From: Vulcanimicrobiota bacterium
GTDB lineage: Bacteria; Vulcanimicrobiota; Xenobia; Xenobiales; JADMJV01
Assembly: GCA_050250895.1 (NCBI GenBank)
Contig: JBFWNU010000001.1
Location: forward strand, 2,820,891-2,884,890
Reading direction: 5' to 3'
Length of the DNA stretch: 64,000 bases
Position 1 is the first letter of the stretch; every line of letters starts with the position of its first letter. A program made the translations under genes and the position numbers. Shown in pieces: positions 12,325-22,806 of the stretch. The notes beneath the pieces were generated by a model. That model was not told where the DNA came from. It ran no database searches and worked only from the letters and a program-made list of their open reading frames with translations.

Positions 12325-12798
12325 TTAGCCCTTGGTGGGGCCGAGTCCTCGGCGGTGGCGCACGAGATAGGCCTGCAGCGCCGTGGCGAAGGCGTGGACG
12401 TCTTTTTTCGTGAACGGCGGCGGCCCCCCGCCGGTGATGAGCTCGGCGCCGCGCAGCTCGTCGAGCAGGTTGCGGGTGGCCAGTCTGGCCTTGACGTTAT
12501 CCTCGGTGTACAGCGTCCCACGTGGGTCGAGCGCCGTGGCGCCGCAGTCGACCACCCGCCCAGCCAGAGGGATGTCGGCGGTCACCACCAGGTCACCGGG
12601 GGTCACCTGCTCGACGATCCAGTCATCGGCCACGTTGAACCCGTCCTCCACCACCACGCTCGACAGCAATGGACTGTCGGGGTGCTTGAGCGGCACGTTG
12701 GCCACCAGCACCAGCGGCACTCCCTCGCGCTGGGCGGCCTTGAACAGGATCTCTTTGACCTTCACCGGCATCGCGTCGGCGTCTACCCAGATGCGCAT
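12325..12798 (-). CDS. yaiI: YaiI/YqxD family (DUF188) protein
   Basis: MRIWVDADAMP, ADDWI, VVTADIPLA, GGGPPPF. Confidence 0.9.
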   Translation of the reverse strand: MRIWVDADAMPVKVKEILFKAAQREGVPLVLVANVPLKHPDSPLLSSVVVEDGFNVADDWIVEQVTPGDLVVTADIPLAGRVVDCGATALDPRGTLYTEDNVKARLATRNLLDELRGAELITGGGPPPFTKKDVHAFATALQAYLVRHRRGLGPTKG

Positions 12799-12844
12799 CC
12801 CTGTGCCTTCGGGAAGCCGCAGCGGCCGGCCTTCGAGCGATGGG

Positions 12845-13234
12845 TCAATCCCAGACTCGCAGAACGCCATAGAGGTCAAAGACCTTGTCACGGCTCAGCA
12901 GCGTGAGGCCCTCCAGTGCCTGAACGGCTAGAAGGCGATCAAAAGGGTCGCGGTGATGAAGCGGTAGCGATTCCACCGCGAGAACCTGTCCTAGCGTGAT
13001 AGGATGTGCATCGATCCCGTTTTGCCGGAGTTGGGTGGGGATGAACGCGGCAGCCGACGTTGGCAGCGAGAGCTTTCCGAGGCTAGACTTGATAGCCATC
13101 TCCCAGGACGACACGTCGCTTAGCAAGAGTTGGTTGTCGGGATCCAGGAAGATAGTCTTCACCCGTGTGGTGAGACGCGGGTCGTCGTCAAGGAGCCACA
13201 GAAAGGTATGGGTGTCGAGGAGGTAGACACTCAC
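12845..13234 (-). CDS. vapC: PIN-domain VapC toxin
   Basis: YLLDTHTFLW, SSWEMAIK, HRDPFDRLL. Confidence 0.92.
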   Translation of the reverse strand: MSVYLLDTHTFLWLLDDDPRLTTRVKTIFLDPDNQLLLSDVSSWEMAIKSSLGKLSLPTSAAAFIPTQLRQNGIDAHPITLGQVLAVESLPLHHRDPFDRLLAVQALEGLTLLSRDKVFDLYGVLRVWD

Positions 13235-13455
13235 TGATACTCGTCGAAGTCGGACAGTGGTTCGTCGAAGTCGTCGGTCATCACGATCAGACCTTTGGCG
13301 CTACCCAGTTTGCGCTTTCGCGGGGCGGCCTCGAGTCGAACGAGCTTCGCGATCGGAACCTTTCCCCGAGTAATGATGATTTCATAGCCGGCCTCGACTT
13401 CTTTGAGCAAACTGGATAGGTGGGTCTTGGCGTCGTAGATGCTGACCATCTTCAT
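13231..13455 (-). CDS. Phd/YefM antitoxin
   Basis: IYDAKTHLSSLL...IIITRGKVPIAKLV...DDFDEPL; 4-bp overlap with vapC. Confidence 0.92.
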   Translation of the reverse strand: MKMVSIYDAKTHLSSLLKEVEAGYEIIITRGKVPIAKLVRLEAAPRKRKLGSAKGLIVMTDDFDEPLSDFDEYQ

Positions 13456-13467
13456 GGCTCCATTTTA

Positions 13468-13492
13468 GCTTGACCAAGATGGTTGGTCAAGC
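13468..13492. promoter_or_regulatory. Palindromic operator upstream of the TA operon
   Basis: GCTTGACCAA-gatgg-TTGGTCAAGC perfect 10-bp arms, 12 bp upstream of the antitoxin start. Confidence 0.65.
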
Positions 13493-13588
13493 CGTTTGCT
13501 CGTTCCTGTGAGGGCACCAGGGTGCAGCCGGTTGCATCGGGAAGGTGCTACTGGCATTGATGATGCGTTGGGGTTTGCTTGAGCGGAG

Positions 13589-14674
13589 TTACTCTTTGAG
13601 CTTCGCCAACAAGTTGACGACCTTGCTTCTTGATTTCGCCCTCTTCTTGAGCAATTCGCCTTCTTCGTTGGTCCACAGCCACTGCCAGAAAGAGCGAAAC
13701 GCGCGGTCGGTGCAATACGTGTCTCGACAGTTGGCAAGAAACACCATCTGAATCTTGTGGACGCGGTCCACCACGTAGAGTCCGAAACCCGGCGTCACCA
13801 CGATCAGGTCGTCCAGGCCCACAACTGACTTGGCCTGTTGCTCGGTAATGTTCCGGAAGCAAGCCACTAGATGAACGGGGCCGTGATGTTCCGATAGCTG
13901 AGGTGCCAATTCGGTGTCGCGGAGGAAGGGACGCCCCAGCATACTCCTGGCCTGAGCAATCGTCATCCGATCGGGGATGGCATGGCACTCGAATAGTAAA
14001 GTGTCGTGACGGAGGAGTTCCCGACCCTGAAGCGAGAGCTTCGTGCAGCCCTGGTTCTCGAGGTTTCGGCGGAGGCTTGCGAGCAAACGGGAATGCCGAG
14101 CATTGTAATCCAGTTGGCACCACTCCAGCGCCTGTCCGGTGGCGTGCTTTCCGTTTCCCGCGCTCGCACCGAGCGCGGTCAGTTCGATAACAGCTTTGAG
14201 GACCTGCTCTTTTGCCTTCTCAACGATTGCCTCAACTGTAGAGGCGCCGTTGTAGTTGACTCGGTTCTTCATGTAGGCCTGGAAAGCACCGTCGAGTTTC
14301 TTGGAAATTGTCCGGTCAAATGGAATCTGGACCACTCTGACCTTGGTTCCCTGGCTTTCGACGACCTCTGCCACCTCAGCATAGCAAATTCCGAGTCCGT
14401 GTTCGCGTCCACCACCCGCGTGCCCATTGTAAAGCACGAGCAAAATATGGGCCTTACGAGCCTCGCGCAGGCAGGTCTCCCAAGCCGATTGATGGTTGCC
14501 CAGGGGCTCACTCTCATGGCGGAAGACACGGAAGAGTTGGAAGCCAAAGACCTCAGAGTCTTCCAGTTCACTCTGGATCCTGGACCGGATTTTGGGCATG
14601 TCGATCTTCTCGCCCTGCTCAGTGGTGTAAGCGTCGCATCGGCTCGAAATCATGACTCGAACGATGTCAGGCAT
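13589..14674 (-). CDS. DUF4062/TIR-like nucleotide-binding domain protein
   Basis: N-terminal RVMISSRC...CLREARKAHILLVLYNGHAG...ICYAE resembles the DUF4062 pattern; C-terminal half not recognised. Confidence 0.6.
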   Translation of the reverse strand: MPDIVRVMISSRCDAYTTEQGEKIDMPKIRSRIQSELEDSEVFGFQLFRVFRHESEPLGNHQSAWETCLREARKAHILLVLYNGHAGGGREHGLGICYAEVAEVVESQGTKVRVVQIPFDRTISKKLDGAFQAYMKNRVNYNGASTVEAIVEKAKEQVLKAVIELTALGASAGNGKHATGQALEWCQLDYNARHSRLLASLRRNLENQGCTKLSLQGRELLRHDTLLFECHAIPDRMTIAQARSMLGRPFLRDTELAPQLSEHHGPVHLVACFRNITEQQAKSVVGLDDLIVVTPGFGLYVVDRVHKIQMVFLANCRDTYCTDRAFRSFWQWLWTNEEGELLKKRAKSRSKVVNLLAKLKE

Positions 14675-14686
14675 AGGGAGCGGCTT

Positions 14687-14929
14687 TCACAACACGGTCG
14701 ATGGAACAACGTGACACCTACTCTTCTGGCACTGGCGCAAGTGGGTGTCCCGGAGTTTCTCCAGGAGTGGGACCACCTCGCCGATGAGTTGGTAGCGTAG
14801 TTCCTCTTGCTTGGTCCAACCGACCCCACTTATGGTGAGTTGGCCCCGCTCGCTTGTGAGTCGCTCGGCCAGGGCGTCAATAAGATCTCGCATAACCCTC
14901 CCACGGAATGATGGTGTGAGGGCTTCCAC
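14687..14929 (-). CDS. Small hypothetical protein
   Basis: Co-oriented and 12 bp upstream of the DUF4062-like gene; no motif. Confidence 0.3.
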   Translation of the reverse strand: MEALTPSFRGRVMRDLIDALAERLTSERGQLTISGVGWTKQEELRYQLIGEVVPLLEKLRDTHLRQCQKSRCHVVPSTVL

Positions 14930-15059
14930 GCGACTGGGTTAGTTCCTTTGAGCCGTTGCAGTAAAGAGTGCGCCAACTGGGTTGGACAACCGGGAGGCAA
15001 AAGTGAGGTTGGCAGCCAAGTAGGCCGAACCTCAATTTAACCAGGAGTGTAGCCCGCCA

Positions 15060-16823
15060 GTGCTTCCAAAGGAATGGGTCGAAGAACTCGTCTATGGCAA
15101 GAGAGCGAATCATCGTTTCACCCAGGACACGCCAATACTCCCGGATGTGTGGTTCGAGTACGCCCAGAATGGAGGACGGCGTACTTCTTTGCTCTTGACG
15201 CCTCACTATGAAACCTCGCCGGGCTTCCTGGCCGCCCAACTTGACGTGGGGAATCCGGCGCAGATGGTCGCCCACAACCAGACGGTGGTCGTGGCGGATT
15301 TGACCTATCTCGAGATGCTGCGGCAAGCCTTGCCTCTCTCTGTTTGGTGGAAGAACGAGGTCGGTCCACTCGTCGACGGCACGACGGTATCGGACAGGTT
15401 GCGCCAGTTGGCCCGCTTGGATCCGCCGCGTCTCGCGGAACTACTGGACGGGAGCGACAAGGTTCGAGAAGAACTCGGGCTACCACGAGGACTGGTCTTG
15501 ATGCTCCGAGTGGGTGGGATTCTGGCGCGGGCGCTGGAGAAGCCCCCATCATCAAGCTATGAATGGCTGGAACTGCGGCATAGTCCTGAGGTCGTGCATT
15601 GCCTAGCAGACTTGTATGCCGGTCTGAAGGTCGAGGCCCCGGGAACTCTCTGGCTGGTGCAACGCAACCGGCCCGCCCAAGCATGTAGCAGTGCCTCTTG
15701 TCAGACTATCAAAGCAGATGCGGCTCGCTCACTGTTCAGCATCAGTTGTAGCAAGATCAACTGGGCTATTGTCGATAGTGGGGTTGACGCCCGCCATCCT
15801 GCCTTTCGCAGGCGCGACGCCAAAGGCGAGTTGGCCCCATTGGGTGACGCCTGGCAAGGGCAGTCACGGGTGGTGAGGACCTACGATTTCACGAGGCTGC
15901 GAGCACTTGTTCAAGGTGCCGCCGGTGCGCTCGAAGGGGCAAGGCGACTGCACACCTTCACATCGCGCCTCATTGAGGGTGCAGATGTTGATTGGAAGGG
16001 TCTGTCGGCGGGCCTCGAAATCCCGCACGACCAGCATTATCTACCGCCGACGAGCCCCCACGGAACGCACGTGGCAGGCATACTGGGGGCGGACCTGCGG
16101 GACGAGGATGCCGTGGCCATCGGTGTTTGCCCGGATGTTGAGCTTTTCGACTTGCGTGTCCTGAACGGTGAGGGACAAGGAGATGAGTTCTCGGTGATGG
16201 CGGCTCTACAGTTCGTCAGATATCTCAATTCGAAGAGTGAGAGAATGGTCGTTCACGGTGTGAACTTGAGTCTGTCGTTGTTTCACAACGTCCGCAACTA
16301 CGCTTGCGGGAGGACCCCTATTTGCGAGGAGTGTGAGAGGCTCGTCGGGTCCGGAGTGGCCACCGTTGCTGCCGCCGGGAATCAGGGTTATCAGGGCTTT
16401 GAGACTAAGAACGGGCTTCTGGAGGGCTATCAGGATATCAGCATCACTGACCCCGGAAACGCCGACGGTGTCATCACAGTGGGTTCTACGCACTATGGTC
16501 GGCCTCATACCTACGGCGTGAGCTACTTCTCCAGCCGAGGCCCGACCGGTGATGGGCGGTGTAAACCGGATCTGGTTGCGCCTGGTGAGAAGATCCAGGC
16601 GCCCATTCCTGGGGGCGGCTTGGATTCGATGGACGGTACCAGCATGGCCGCGCCACACGTGAGCGGCGCCTGTGCGCTCCTCATGGCCAGGCACGGCGAG
16701 TTCGTGGGTCAGCCGCAGCGAATCAAGAAGGTCTTGTGTCAGTCAGCAACCGATCTAGGTCGGGACCGCTATTTTCAGGGCGCGGGCATGTTGGATGTCT
16801 TGCGCGCCCTCCAATGTGTCTGA
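15060..16823 (+). CDS. S8 subtilisin-like serine protease (no signal peptide)
   Basis: Catalytic triad IVDSGVD / HGTHVAG / GTSMAAP; AAAGN oxyanion motif. Confidence 0.93.
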   Translation: MLPKEWVEELVYGKRANHRFTQDTPILPDVWFEYAQNGGRRTSLLLTPHYETSPGFLAAQLDVGNPAQMVAHNQTVVVADLTYLEMLRQALPLSVWWKNEVGPLVDGTTVSDRLRQLARLDPPRLAELLDGSDKVREELGLPRGLVLMLRVGGILARALEKPPSSSYEWLELRHSPEVVHCLADLYAGLKVEAPGTLWLVQRNRPAQACSSASCQTIKADAARSLFSISCSKINWAIVDSGVDARHPAFRRRDAKGELAPLGDAWQGQSRVVRTYDFTRLRALVQGAAGALEGARRLHTFTSRLIEGADVDWKGLSAGLEIPHDQHYLPPTSPHGTHVAGILGADLRDEDAVAIGVCPDVELFDLRVLNGEGQGDEFSVMAALQFVRYLNSKSERMVVHGVNLSLSLFHNVRNYACGRTPICEECERLVGSGVATVAAAGNQGYQGFETKNGLLEGYQDISITDPGNADGVITVGSTHYGRPHTYGVSYFSSRGPTGDGRCKPDLVAPGEKIQAPIPGGGLDSMDGTSMAAPHVSGACALLMARHGEFVGQPQRIKKVLCQSATDLGRDRYFQGAGMLDVLRALQCV

Positions 16824-16836
16824 AAGGAGCAATCTC

Positions 16837-17967
16837 ATGTTTACTTTGGAAGCTCTCGAGGCCAAAGAAGGCGATTGTTTGATTTTGCATTACGGAGATG
16901 CCGCCAATCCCCGCCGAATTTTGATTGACGGAGGACCGAGAGGTGCCTATCGTCAGGTACTGCGCAAGCGTCTGGTGGAACTTCGCGGTGTTCACGGCCC
17001 CCTCCAGTTGGAGATGGTTATGGTGAGCCATATCGACGCGGATCATATTACGGGCATCCTCGATCTGTTCAATGAGCTCGCCGAACAACGAGAGCAGGGT
17101 GATGAGCCATTGGTAGACATCGTGACCCTCTGGTTTAACAGCTTTGACGACATCCTGGGAAGCGAGGGCGATGAACTGCTCGCGCGTTTTCAGGCCGCAG
17201 CAAATACCGCTGCTGCTGGTGAGGCTCTGTCCCCCGACTCGCCTGTCTCTCAAGCCGGCGCACTCATTTTGGCGGGGGTAGGCCAGGGGCGTCGGTTGAG
17301 AGGTCTGGCAGCTGCTCTGGGCACCCAGACCAACGCAGGCTTCGAGCAGTTGGTGATGGCCGCAGCAGCCCCGGCCGAGGTTCGGCCGCTGGATCTCGGC
17401 GACGGTTTGAAGTTCACCGTCCTCGGCCCTGCGGCTGCCCAATTGGCCGCTCTTCGTCGGGAATGGGATGCGGAGCTGGCGAAGATGAAGAAGGCCTCGC
17501 GCGAGGAGGCTGCTGCTATCGGCGCCGCGTTTCTTGACGAGAGCGCCGCCAATCTCTCCAGCACCGTGGTCCTGGCCGAGCGCGGGGGCAAGCGCATGCT
17601 GCTAACGGGTGATGCCCGTGGGGACTTTGTGCTCGATGGGCTCCGCAATGCGGGCTTGCTCGAGAACGGAGAGATTCACCTTGACTTGCTAAAAGTGCCT
17701 CATCATGGTAGCGACCGCAACGTGACGTTGGACTTCTTCGAGCGGATCACGGCGGACCACTATGTTATCTCGGCTAATGGCAAGTATGACAACCCGGACC
17801 ACTCCATGCTAGAGATGTTGCGAGAAGCTCGGAAGGGGCAGCACTACACGGTCTACTTCACCAATGAGGTGACTCAGGTGACACGGTTCATGGCCCACGG
17901 TGCTGAAGATGGTTTTGATACCGTGGTCCGTGACCGCGACGCCCTGAGCCTCTCCGTAGCCCTCTAA
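16837..17967 (+). CDS. ComEC/Rec2-like MBL-fold metallo-hydrolase
   Basis: EGDCLIL, LIDGG, SHIDADHITG, LTGDA, KVPHHGS; AAGGAG RBS. Confidence 0.88.
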   Translation: MFTLEALEAKEGDCLILHYGDAANPRRILIDGGPRGAYRQVLRKRLVELRGVHGPLQLEMVMVSHIDADHITGILDLFNELAEQREQGDEPLVDIVTLWFNSFDDILGSEGDELLARFQAAANTAAAGEALSPDSPVSQAGALILAGVGQGRRLRGLAAALGTQTNAGFEQLVMAAAAPAEVRPLDLGDGLKFTVLGPAAAQLAALRREWDAELAKMKKASREEAAAIGAAFLDESAANLSSTVVLAERGGKRMLLTGDARGDFVLDGLRNAGLLENGEIHLDLLKVPHHGSDRNVTLDFFERITADHYVISANGKYDNPDHSMLEMLREARKGQHYTVYFTNEVTQVTRFMAHGAEDGFDTVVRDRDALSLSVAL

Positions 17968-18072
17968 CTAAGGACGCGTACACCCTCGGCTCGGCGACAT
18001 CGGCGAGTTGGCTGGTCGCCGCCGCTCGGGGCCCCTGATGACCAATGTGATGGCTTGAAGCGTCTTGAACCC

Positions 18073-20460
18073 CTATCGGAACGAGCGCTGGCGGCTAGCG
18101 GTCCTGCGCTTGGCCTCATCGAGCCAAGCGTTTACGGAAGCGGGCCACAGCTTGATTTTCGTTTCTCCGTCATCACCGCCGGTGGGGTCCGGACAATAGG
18201 CTACCAGGCAGCCTTTGGCAAACCCGATGACGGGCTCGAAGCCATAGTAATGCCATTCCAATTGAGCCAGAGGACGGCCTTCTGAGGTCAGCAACTCCAT
18301 GTTCAGGTCGCAGCCACCAAAACTTTGGATGCCGGCGCTCCTCGTGACAGCAAGCACTCGACGACCATCCTCAGAGCATCTGAACGCTCCTTCAGCGAGC
18401 CCATCTCGCCCGTCGGTTTGCGTCTTGGCCACCGCAATTTGGAACAAGGGCCCAAACGGACGACCATCGCGAGCTACCACCTGCCAACTCCGCGCCACGG
18501 GCTCGACCCGGAAATTCGTCATCGGCTTGAGCCCTTTCTCCCAGGTGAGGTTCTCCAGCGGCGGCCCAGAAAGCGGTTGACACGAATCGAGATCCCAGAC
18601 TTCAGCCTGACCTTCCCTGGTCGAGAAAATCTGGAGGTAACGACCGTCGGCCGAGAAACGGGGTCGCCTTTTTGATTCCAATTCAACCCCGCCGACAAAG
18701 TCACGGACACCTACCTTGTAAGCAAAGCCATCGCGACTCCCGACAAATGCCATCGAGTCAGCGGCAACACCGTCCACCGCCAAAATCTCCACTCGCGAGA
18801 GCAACCATTCGTGGATCCGGGGTTCTCGGTAAGACGGGCCCTCGTACCAGACCAGATGGCCGTCGTCGCTGCCAAAGAGCGGGCCCGGGCTGCTGCATAT
18901 ATCGTAGCAACCCCAATTGCCCACAGGCCGCGATGTCTTTTCAATCCATCCGTCATCGCCCTTCCGGAAGCACCTTACGGTAGCCCCCCTCATGGGATAC
19001 AACCAGGAACTCCTTGCGAGCCATAGCTCGTCCCCGAGGGCCTCCAGAGCCTGAATGGGTGTCCCTGCGTAGCTAAACTCCTCCTGCTTGTGCCAGACCT
19101 TCCCGCCAACTTCCGCCATGAACACCTCCCCCATGTGATTGCCTGCCCACCACTGGTTGCCAACGCTGGCAATGGCGGTGACCGCCTCTCCACGGGAAAG
19201 CTCGGTCGAGACTGTGGGCTCGAGCCTCCCACCGCTCCAGTAGTGGACCTCTACGTGCCCATCGGCGAGTCCTACAGCGACCGTTTCTCCCTGAGCCGCG
19301 ATGGCCGTGACTGGTGAGTTGAGAGACAGCACTTCCTTCCAGGTCGTGCCGTCCTTCCCCACGAAGACCTTGCCATTGGCGGCCCCCATCAGCACAGTCC
19401 CATCCGCCCATGCGAAACGACACGACCGAAATTCGACCGCCTGTAGCGGTTTCTCTTCACGAAGTTCAAGTTCCAGGACCACCTTGGGGGTCGAGTGGCC
19501 GGCATTATCCCATCGCCACACCCTCCCGTCCTGACAGCCCATCAGGACAAAGTCTCCCTTGGGACTACACGAGACCGAACAGACCGGACTCTGAAGGTTG
19601 TATTTTTCTTCGACAGGAGCCGCCTGGAGGGCTTCGACAAGTGAGGCTTTTGTTGCTTGGTACTCGGCTGGAAACAGACGTTCCATCCCCGGACGTTGAA
19701 ATTCTTCGGTGAGGGTAACGGCCAGCTTTAGCCCCTGACTGGGATCCACCTTCAATGATTGACTTATCGCCAACAACTGCCCTCGAAGTCGCGAAACATA
19801 GGAGCCGTGAGCGAAGAACAGCGCGACCCCTAGAAGCGAAGTAAAGATTGTCAATAGGGCGGTCCCCGCAACCCACCGGGTGCGCTTGTGCTCTCGAACG
19901 TCTTCGCTGACCAGTTCCTTGAGTTCCATTCCACGGATTGGAGCAGAGAGGCGGGCCGCCGCCTGCAAGAACTCTGGGTTTCTAAGACTCAACGTACCGG
20001 GGCTAGACCTCGCCCAGCCGAGATCCACCCACAAAGGCTCCTCCTGGTAAGCCTTCCGCAGAGCCGCTGGTAATGCGTCGGTCAATCCCCAATCGAAGTC
20101 TTGGTCGCCCCACGCGAAGGTGCCGTCCGAGCGGACGAGCAGCAAATTTTCAACCCTGCCCATATCTTGAACCCAATACTTGACCTCTTCGCCGACCCAC
20201 TTCGAGGCAGCCGAGGTCGGGCAACCCAAAAGAATCAGGTATCGGCTGGACTCAAGGGCTGCCTGAATCGACTTCCACGCGCCCGGTGTTGCGGCCAAAT
20301 CCGTCTCGTCACGAAAGATCCGAACACTACGCAGCCGATACCAGGGTTTTGCAAGACCCTCGAGGGCTTTCTGCAGGTGGATGGCCAATAAGCGATCGGC
20401 GGCGTGGCTGTAAGAAATAAACGCGTCGAAACGTTCTATGGAAGAGCTCGATTTACTCAT
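18073..20460 (-). CDS. TIR domain - transmembrane helix - WD40-like beta-propeller protein
   Basis: FDAFISYSH, IFRDETDL, SKWVGEEV; hydrophobic WVAGTALLTIFTSLLGVALFF; degenerate WD repeats (GCQDGRVWRWD, GLADGHVEV). Confidence 0.85.
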   Translation of the reverse strand: MSKSSSSIERFDAFISYSHAADRLLAIHLQKALEGLAKPWYRLRSVRIFRDETDLAATPGAWKSIQAALESSRYLILLGCPTSAASKWVGEEVKYWVQDMGRVENLLLVRSDGTFAWGDQDFDWGLTDALPAALRKAYQEEPLWVDLGWARSSPGTLSLRNPEFLQAAARLSAPIRGMELKELVSEDVREHKRTRWVAGTALLTIFTSLLGVALFFAHGSYVSRLRGQLLAISQSLKVDPSQGLKLAVTLTEEFQRPGMERLFPAEYQATKASLVEALQAAPVEEKYNLQSPVCSVSCSPKGDFVLMGCQDGRVWRWDNAGHSTPKVVLELELREEKPLQAVEFRSCRFAWADGTVLMGAANGKVFVGKDGTTWKEVLSLNSPVTAIAAQGETVAVGLADGHVEVHYWSGGRLEPTVSTELSRGEAVTAIASVGNQWWAGNHMGEVFMAEVGGKVWHKQEEFSYAGTPIQALEALGDELWLARSSWLYPMRGATVRCFRKGDDGWIEKTSRPVGNWGCYDICSSPGPLFGSDDGHLVWYEGPSYREPRIHEWLLSRVEILAVDGVAADSMAFVGSRDGFAYKVGVRDFVGGVELESKRRPRFSADGRYLQIFSTREGQAEVWDLDSCQPLSGPPLENLTWEKGLKPMTNFRVEPVARSWQVVARDGRPFGPLFQIAVAKTQTDGRDGLAEGAFRCSEDGRRVLAVTRSAGIQSFGGCDLNMELLTSEGRPLAQLEWHYYGFEPVIGFAKGCLVAYCPDPTGGDDGETKIKLWPASVNAWLDEAKRRTASRQRSFR

Positions 20461-20470
20461 TGCAAAAGGC

Positions 20471-22570
20471 CTACTTTCTGGCCAAGTCAAAGGGCGGGCT
20501 AGTAATCACATCGAAGCCGACCCCCGCCTGCAGGGCCAGGTTGTGGCTGGGCTTGTTCACCAGCAGGGCTCGGAGACCAGTGAAGCGGACTCTTCCATCC
20601 GGAAGCAGCGAAACGTCGACAGAGTTGACCCGATCCCTGAGCGGTTGGGTTAAGTGAACCATGCCGAGGCTAACCGAGGGCTCCAGGTCGAAAACGTCCT
20701 CATCGCCAACGACCACGACCTGGTTGTTGGCCGCCTCACCGCGCTCAACAATGGCAAGGCTGAACTTGCCTTCACCGTGAACCAACCCCAGTCGTGGCTC
20801 TTTCAACGCTAGAGGTTGGTAGTGATAGACCAGGATGTGGCGCAGGTCCCTTCCGTCCGTCCCATCGTTGTTCTTATCCAACCTTATTCGCTCCTGGTCC
20901 TCTGGCCGAACCTGGAGGAGGACGATTCCTGATGGGTCCACTCGAGCGTCCAACTCCAGTAGTTCAAACTCGTGCTTGTGTTCCAGCTCAAACAACCATT
21001 TGAAGAGCCTGAGGCCGGTCGATACCAATCCCAGTGCGCCGATGCCAGCGGGGCCAAGCAGTCCGGCCACCAATCCTGGTAAAGCCGACCGGGCGCCTTC
21101 CGCTATGAACTGCGGGAGCCTCCCTCTCTTGAGTTCGGCGTGGAGTCTTATCAACTCGCCAGTGAGTTCCAGCGGAGTCTTGCCGTCAAAGTTTGCGCCC
21201 AATTGCTGCAGGGCCAACTGACCCAAACCTCGCCCCAAATCGAGCGGCGCCACCCCAGCCGTCGCGGCCGTCACACCGCTGACCACCTCGAGGAGTCGGC
21301 GAAGGGTTTGGCGGTTGTGGAACTCACTGACGGTGCCCTCACCCGCCCTGAGCAACTTGCCGGCACTCTTGTCTTCCAAAGGGATGAGGAAGAGAGAAAA
21401 CGCAACCCCACCGAAAGTTGGCTTTCTGAGAGTCGGCCCATCATTGTGCACTACTCGCAGGAAAAAATTGCTATTCTCGAAGAAGTCCTGTTTCTTCTTG
21501 CCGGGGTCGAACATGGTCACTACGAATGTCCAGTCGCGGCCCTGATCCGAATCGAAGACCGAAGGCAGACCGAGGGCCTCGAGACCCTGACCTGATAAAT
21601 CAACTGAGAACTCATAGTTCGCGGACAAGAGTCGCGGCATCAAAGGCAGCGGGTTTGCTCTGCCCCCGTGATGCAAGTTTAGCCTCAGCGGATAAACCGT
21701 CGGAACGGGCCCGACGGGCCTGGTTTCGTCCCCTCCATCGTCGAACAGTTGGCGGCCGAGACTCGTGAGTTCCACGATTTCCGCTAGAGGAAGGAGCGGA
21801 TCGATGGAACCTTGCCGGACGCCACGAACGAACCCGCTGTCTTTGAGAGCATTTACGGCCGACATGACATCGTGAGAACGGTCGGCTACGGTCATTGCGC
21901 CCAGAGCCAGGTCTTGGACTAGCCGGAGACGTTCACGCGCCTCCGCCTGGGCATCCGCTAGAACGATGTTGAGCAAATCTAGTCCACGTCTCGTCAAGTT
22001 CTGGACCTCAGCCTCCATTTCGGAGGTGAGGTTGACAAATCCGGCACGAGCAAGCCGCAAAAGACTGTTCTTGACGTCGATTTCCAGCTTACCCGTTCGG
22101 CCCAAGAGCAGGTCTGCCAGAACTACAAGGTCCCGGAGTTGCAAGTCTTGCGTAACGGAGGTAAATGCCTCTGGCAACAGGCTGGACGGGATGCTCGAAA
22201 GGGCCGCGACGAGCAGTTGTTGGAGCTCATCGATGGCGAAGAGTTGGAGCTCGTCCAAGTCTGGCAGTTCCACTACGGGGTCGTCTAGGGCAACAGGAAG
22301 CAGCGTGGCCAGACCCTCGCGGCGCCGGGACAACGCAAGTTCCCAAAGAGGCTTGAACCAGTCTCCTTGTACGTCCGTCAGGCCATCGCTCAAAAGCGGG
22401 ACGAGTATGGCGCAGCCTCGGACCAAGTCCACCGCATCCAACAGAGGCGGTGAAACCACGCTCACTACCGCAAAAGGAATCAGCGCTTTGAATTGCTCTT
22501 CGAGTGAAAGGACAACGTCTATGGCAGCATCGCTAGCCAGTATGCCAACCTTTAACAAATGAACCCCCAT
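20471..22570 (-). CDS. Hypothetical protein; C-terminal ~400 aa paralogous to 34142-35458
   Basis: 699-aa ORF ending 10 bp before the TIR-propeller gene; shared motifs such as MFDP, PLED, GEGTV and DLRHIL.YHY. Confidence 0.8.
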   Translation of the reverse strand: MGVHLLKVGILASDAAIDVVLSLEEQFKALIPFAVVSVVSPPLLDAVDLVRGCAILVPLLSDGLTDVQGDWFKPLWELALSRRREGLATLLPVALDDPVVELPDLDELQLFAIDELQQLLVAALSSIPSSLLPEAFTSVTQDLQLRDLVVLADLLLGRTGKLEIDVKNSLLRLARAGFVNLTSEMEAEVQNLTRRGLDLLNIVLADAQAEARERLRLVQDLALGAMTVADRSHDVMSAVNALKDSGFVRGVRQGSIDPLLPLAEIVELTSLGRQLFDDGGDETRPVGPVPTVYPLRLNLHHGGRANPLPLMPRLLSANYEFSVDLSGQGLEALGLPSVFDSDQGRDWTFVVTMFDPGKKKQDFFENSNFFLRVVHNDGPTLRKPTFGGVAFSLFLIPLEDKSAGKLLRAGEGTVSEFHNRQTLRRLLEVVSGVTAATAGVAPLDLGRGLGQLALQQLGANFDGKTPLELTGELIRLHAELKRGRLPQFIAEGARSALPGLVAGLLGPAGIGALGLVSTGLRLFKWLFELEHKHEFELLELDARVDPSGIVLLQVRPEDQERIRLDKNNDGTDGRDLRHILVYHYQPLALKEPRLGLVHGEGKFSLAIVERGEAANNQVVVVGDEDVFDLEPSVSLGMVHLTQPLRDRVNSVDVSLLPDGRVRFTGLRALLVNKPSHNLALQAGVGFDVITSPPFDLARK

Positions 22571-22767
22571 AGAGCTGTTTGATAGGTCGAAGGTCCCACC
22601 CTAAGGCAGGAGTGGCCTCTTCTACTCGAGCCTTTCACTCGATGGTTGGCCCGTCCTTCTGCCCGACCGCGGAGCCGACCTTATGCGGAGGTCGGCAGAA
22701 TGGCGTGAAGGATGAGGTCTCGTCGGCCGGATTCGCAGGGGTCGTGCCCTGATCTTGCAAGGCTTGT

Positions 22768-22806
22768 CTCTCAGGAGCGCTCTCTCTCAGGAGCGCTCTC
22801 TCTCAG
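22768..22806. repeat. Short 16-bp tandem duplication (CTCTCAGGAGCGCTCT x2 plus partial) in divergent intergenic region
   Basis: Seen directly in the sequence. Confidence 0.7.

Noticed and set aside
13456-13590. tRNA or att site at the island's left edge
   Set aside because: No tRNA-like sequence or direct repeat matching another boundary was seen by eye.
5620-16823. Functional link between the predicted protease-inhibitor RiPP and the S8 protease
   Set aside because: They are 9 kb apart in compositionally different regions with unrelated genes between; nothing beyond coincidence supports it.
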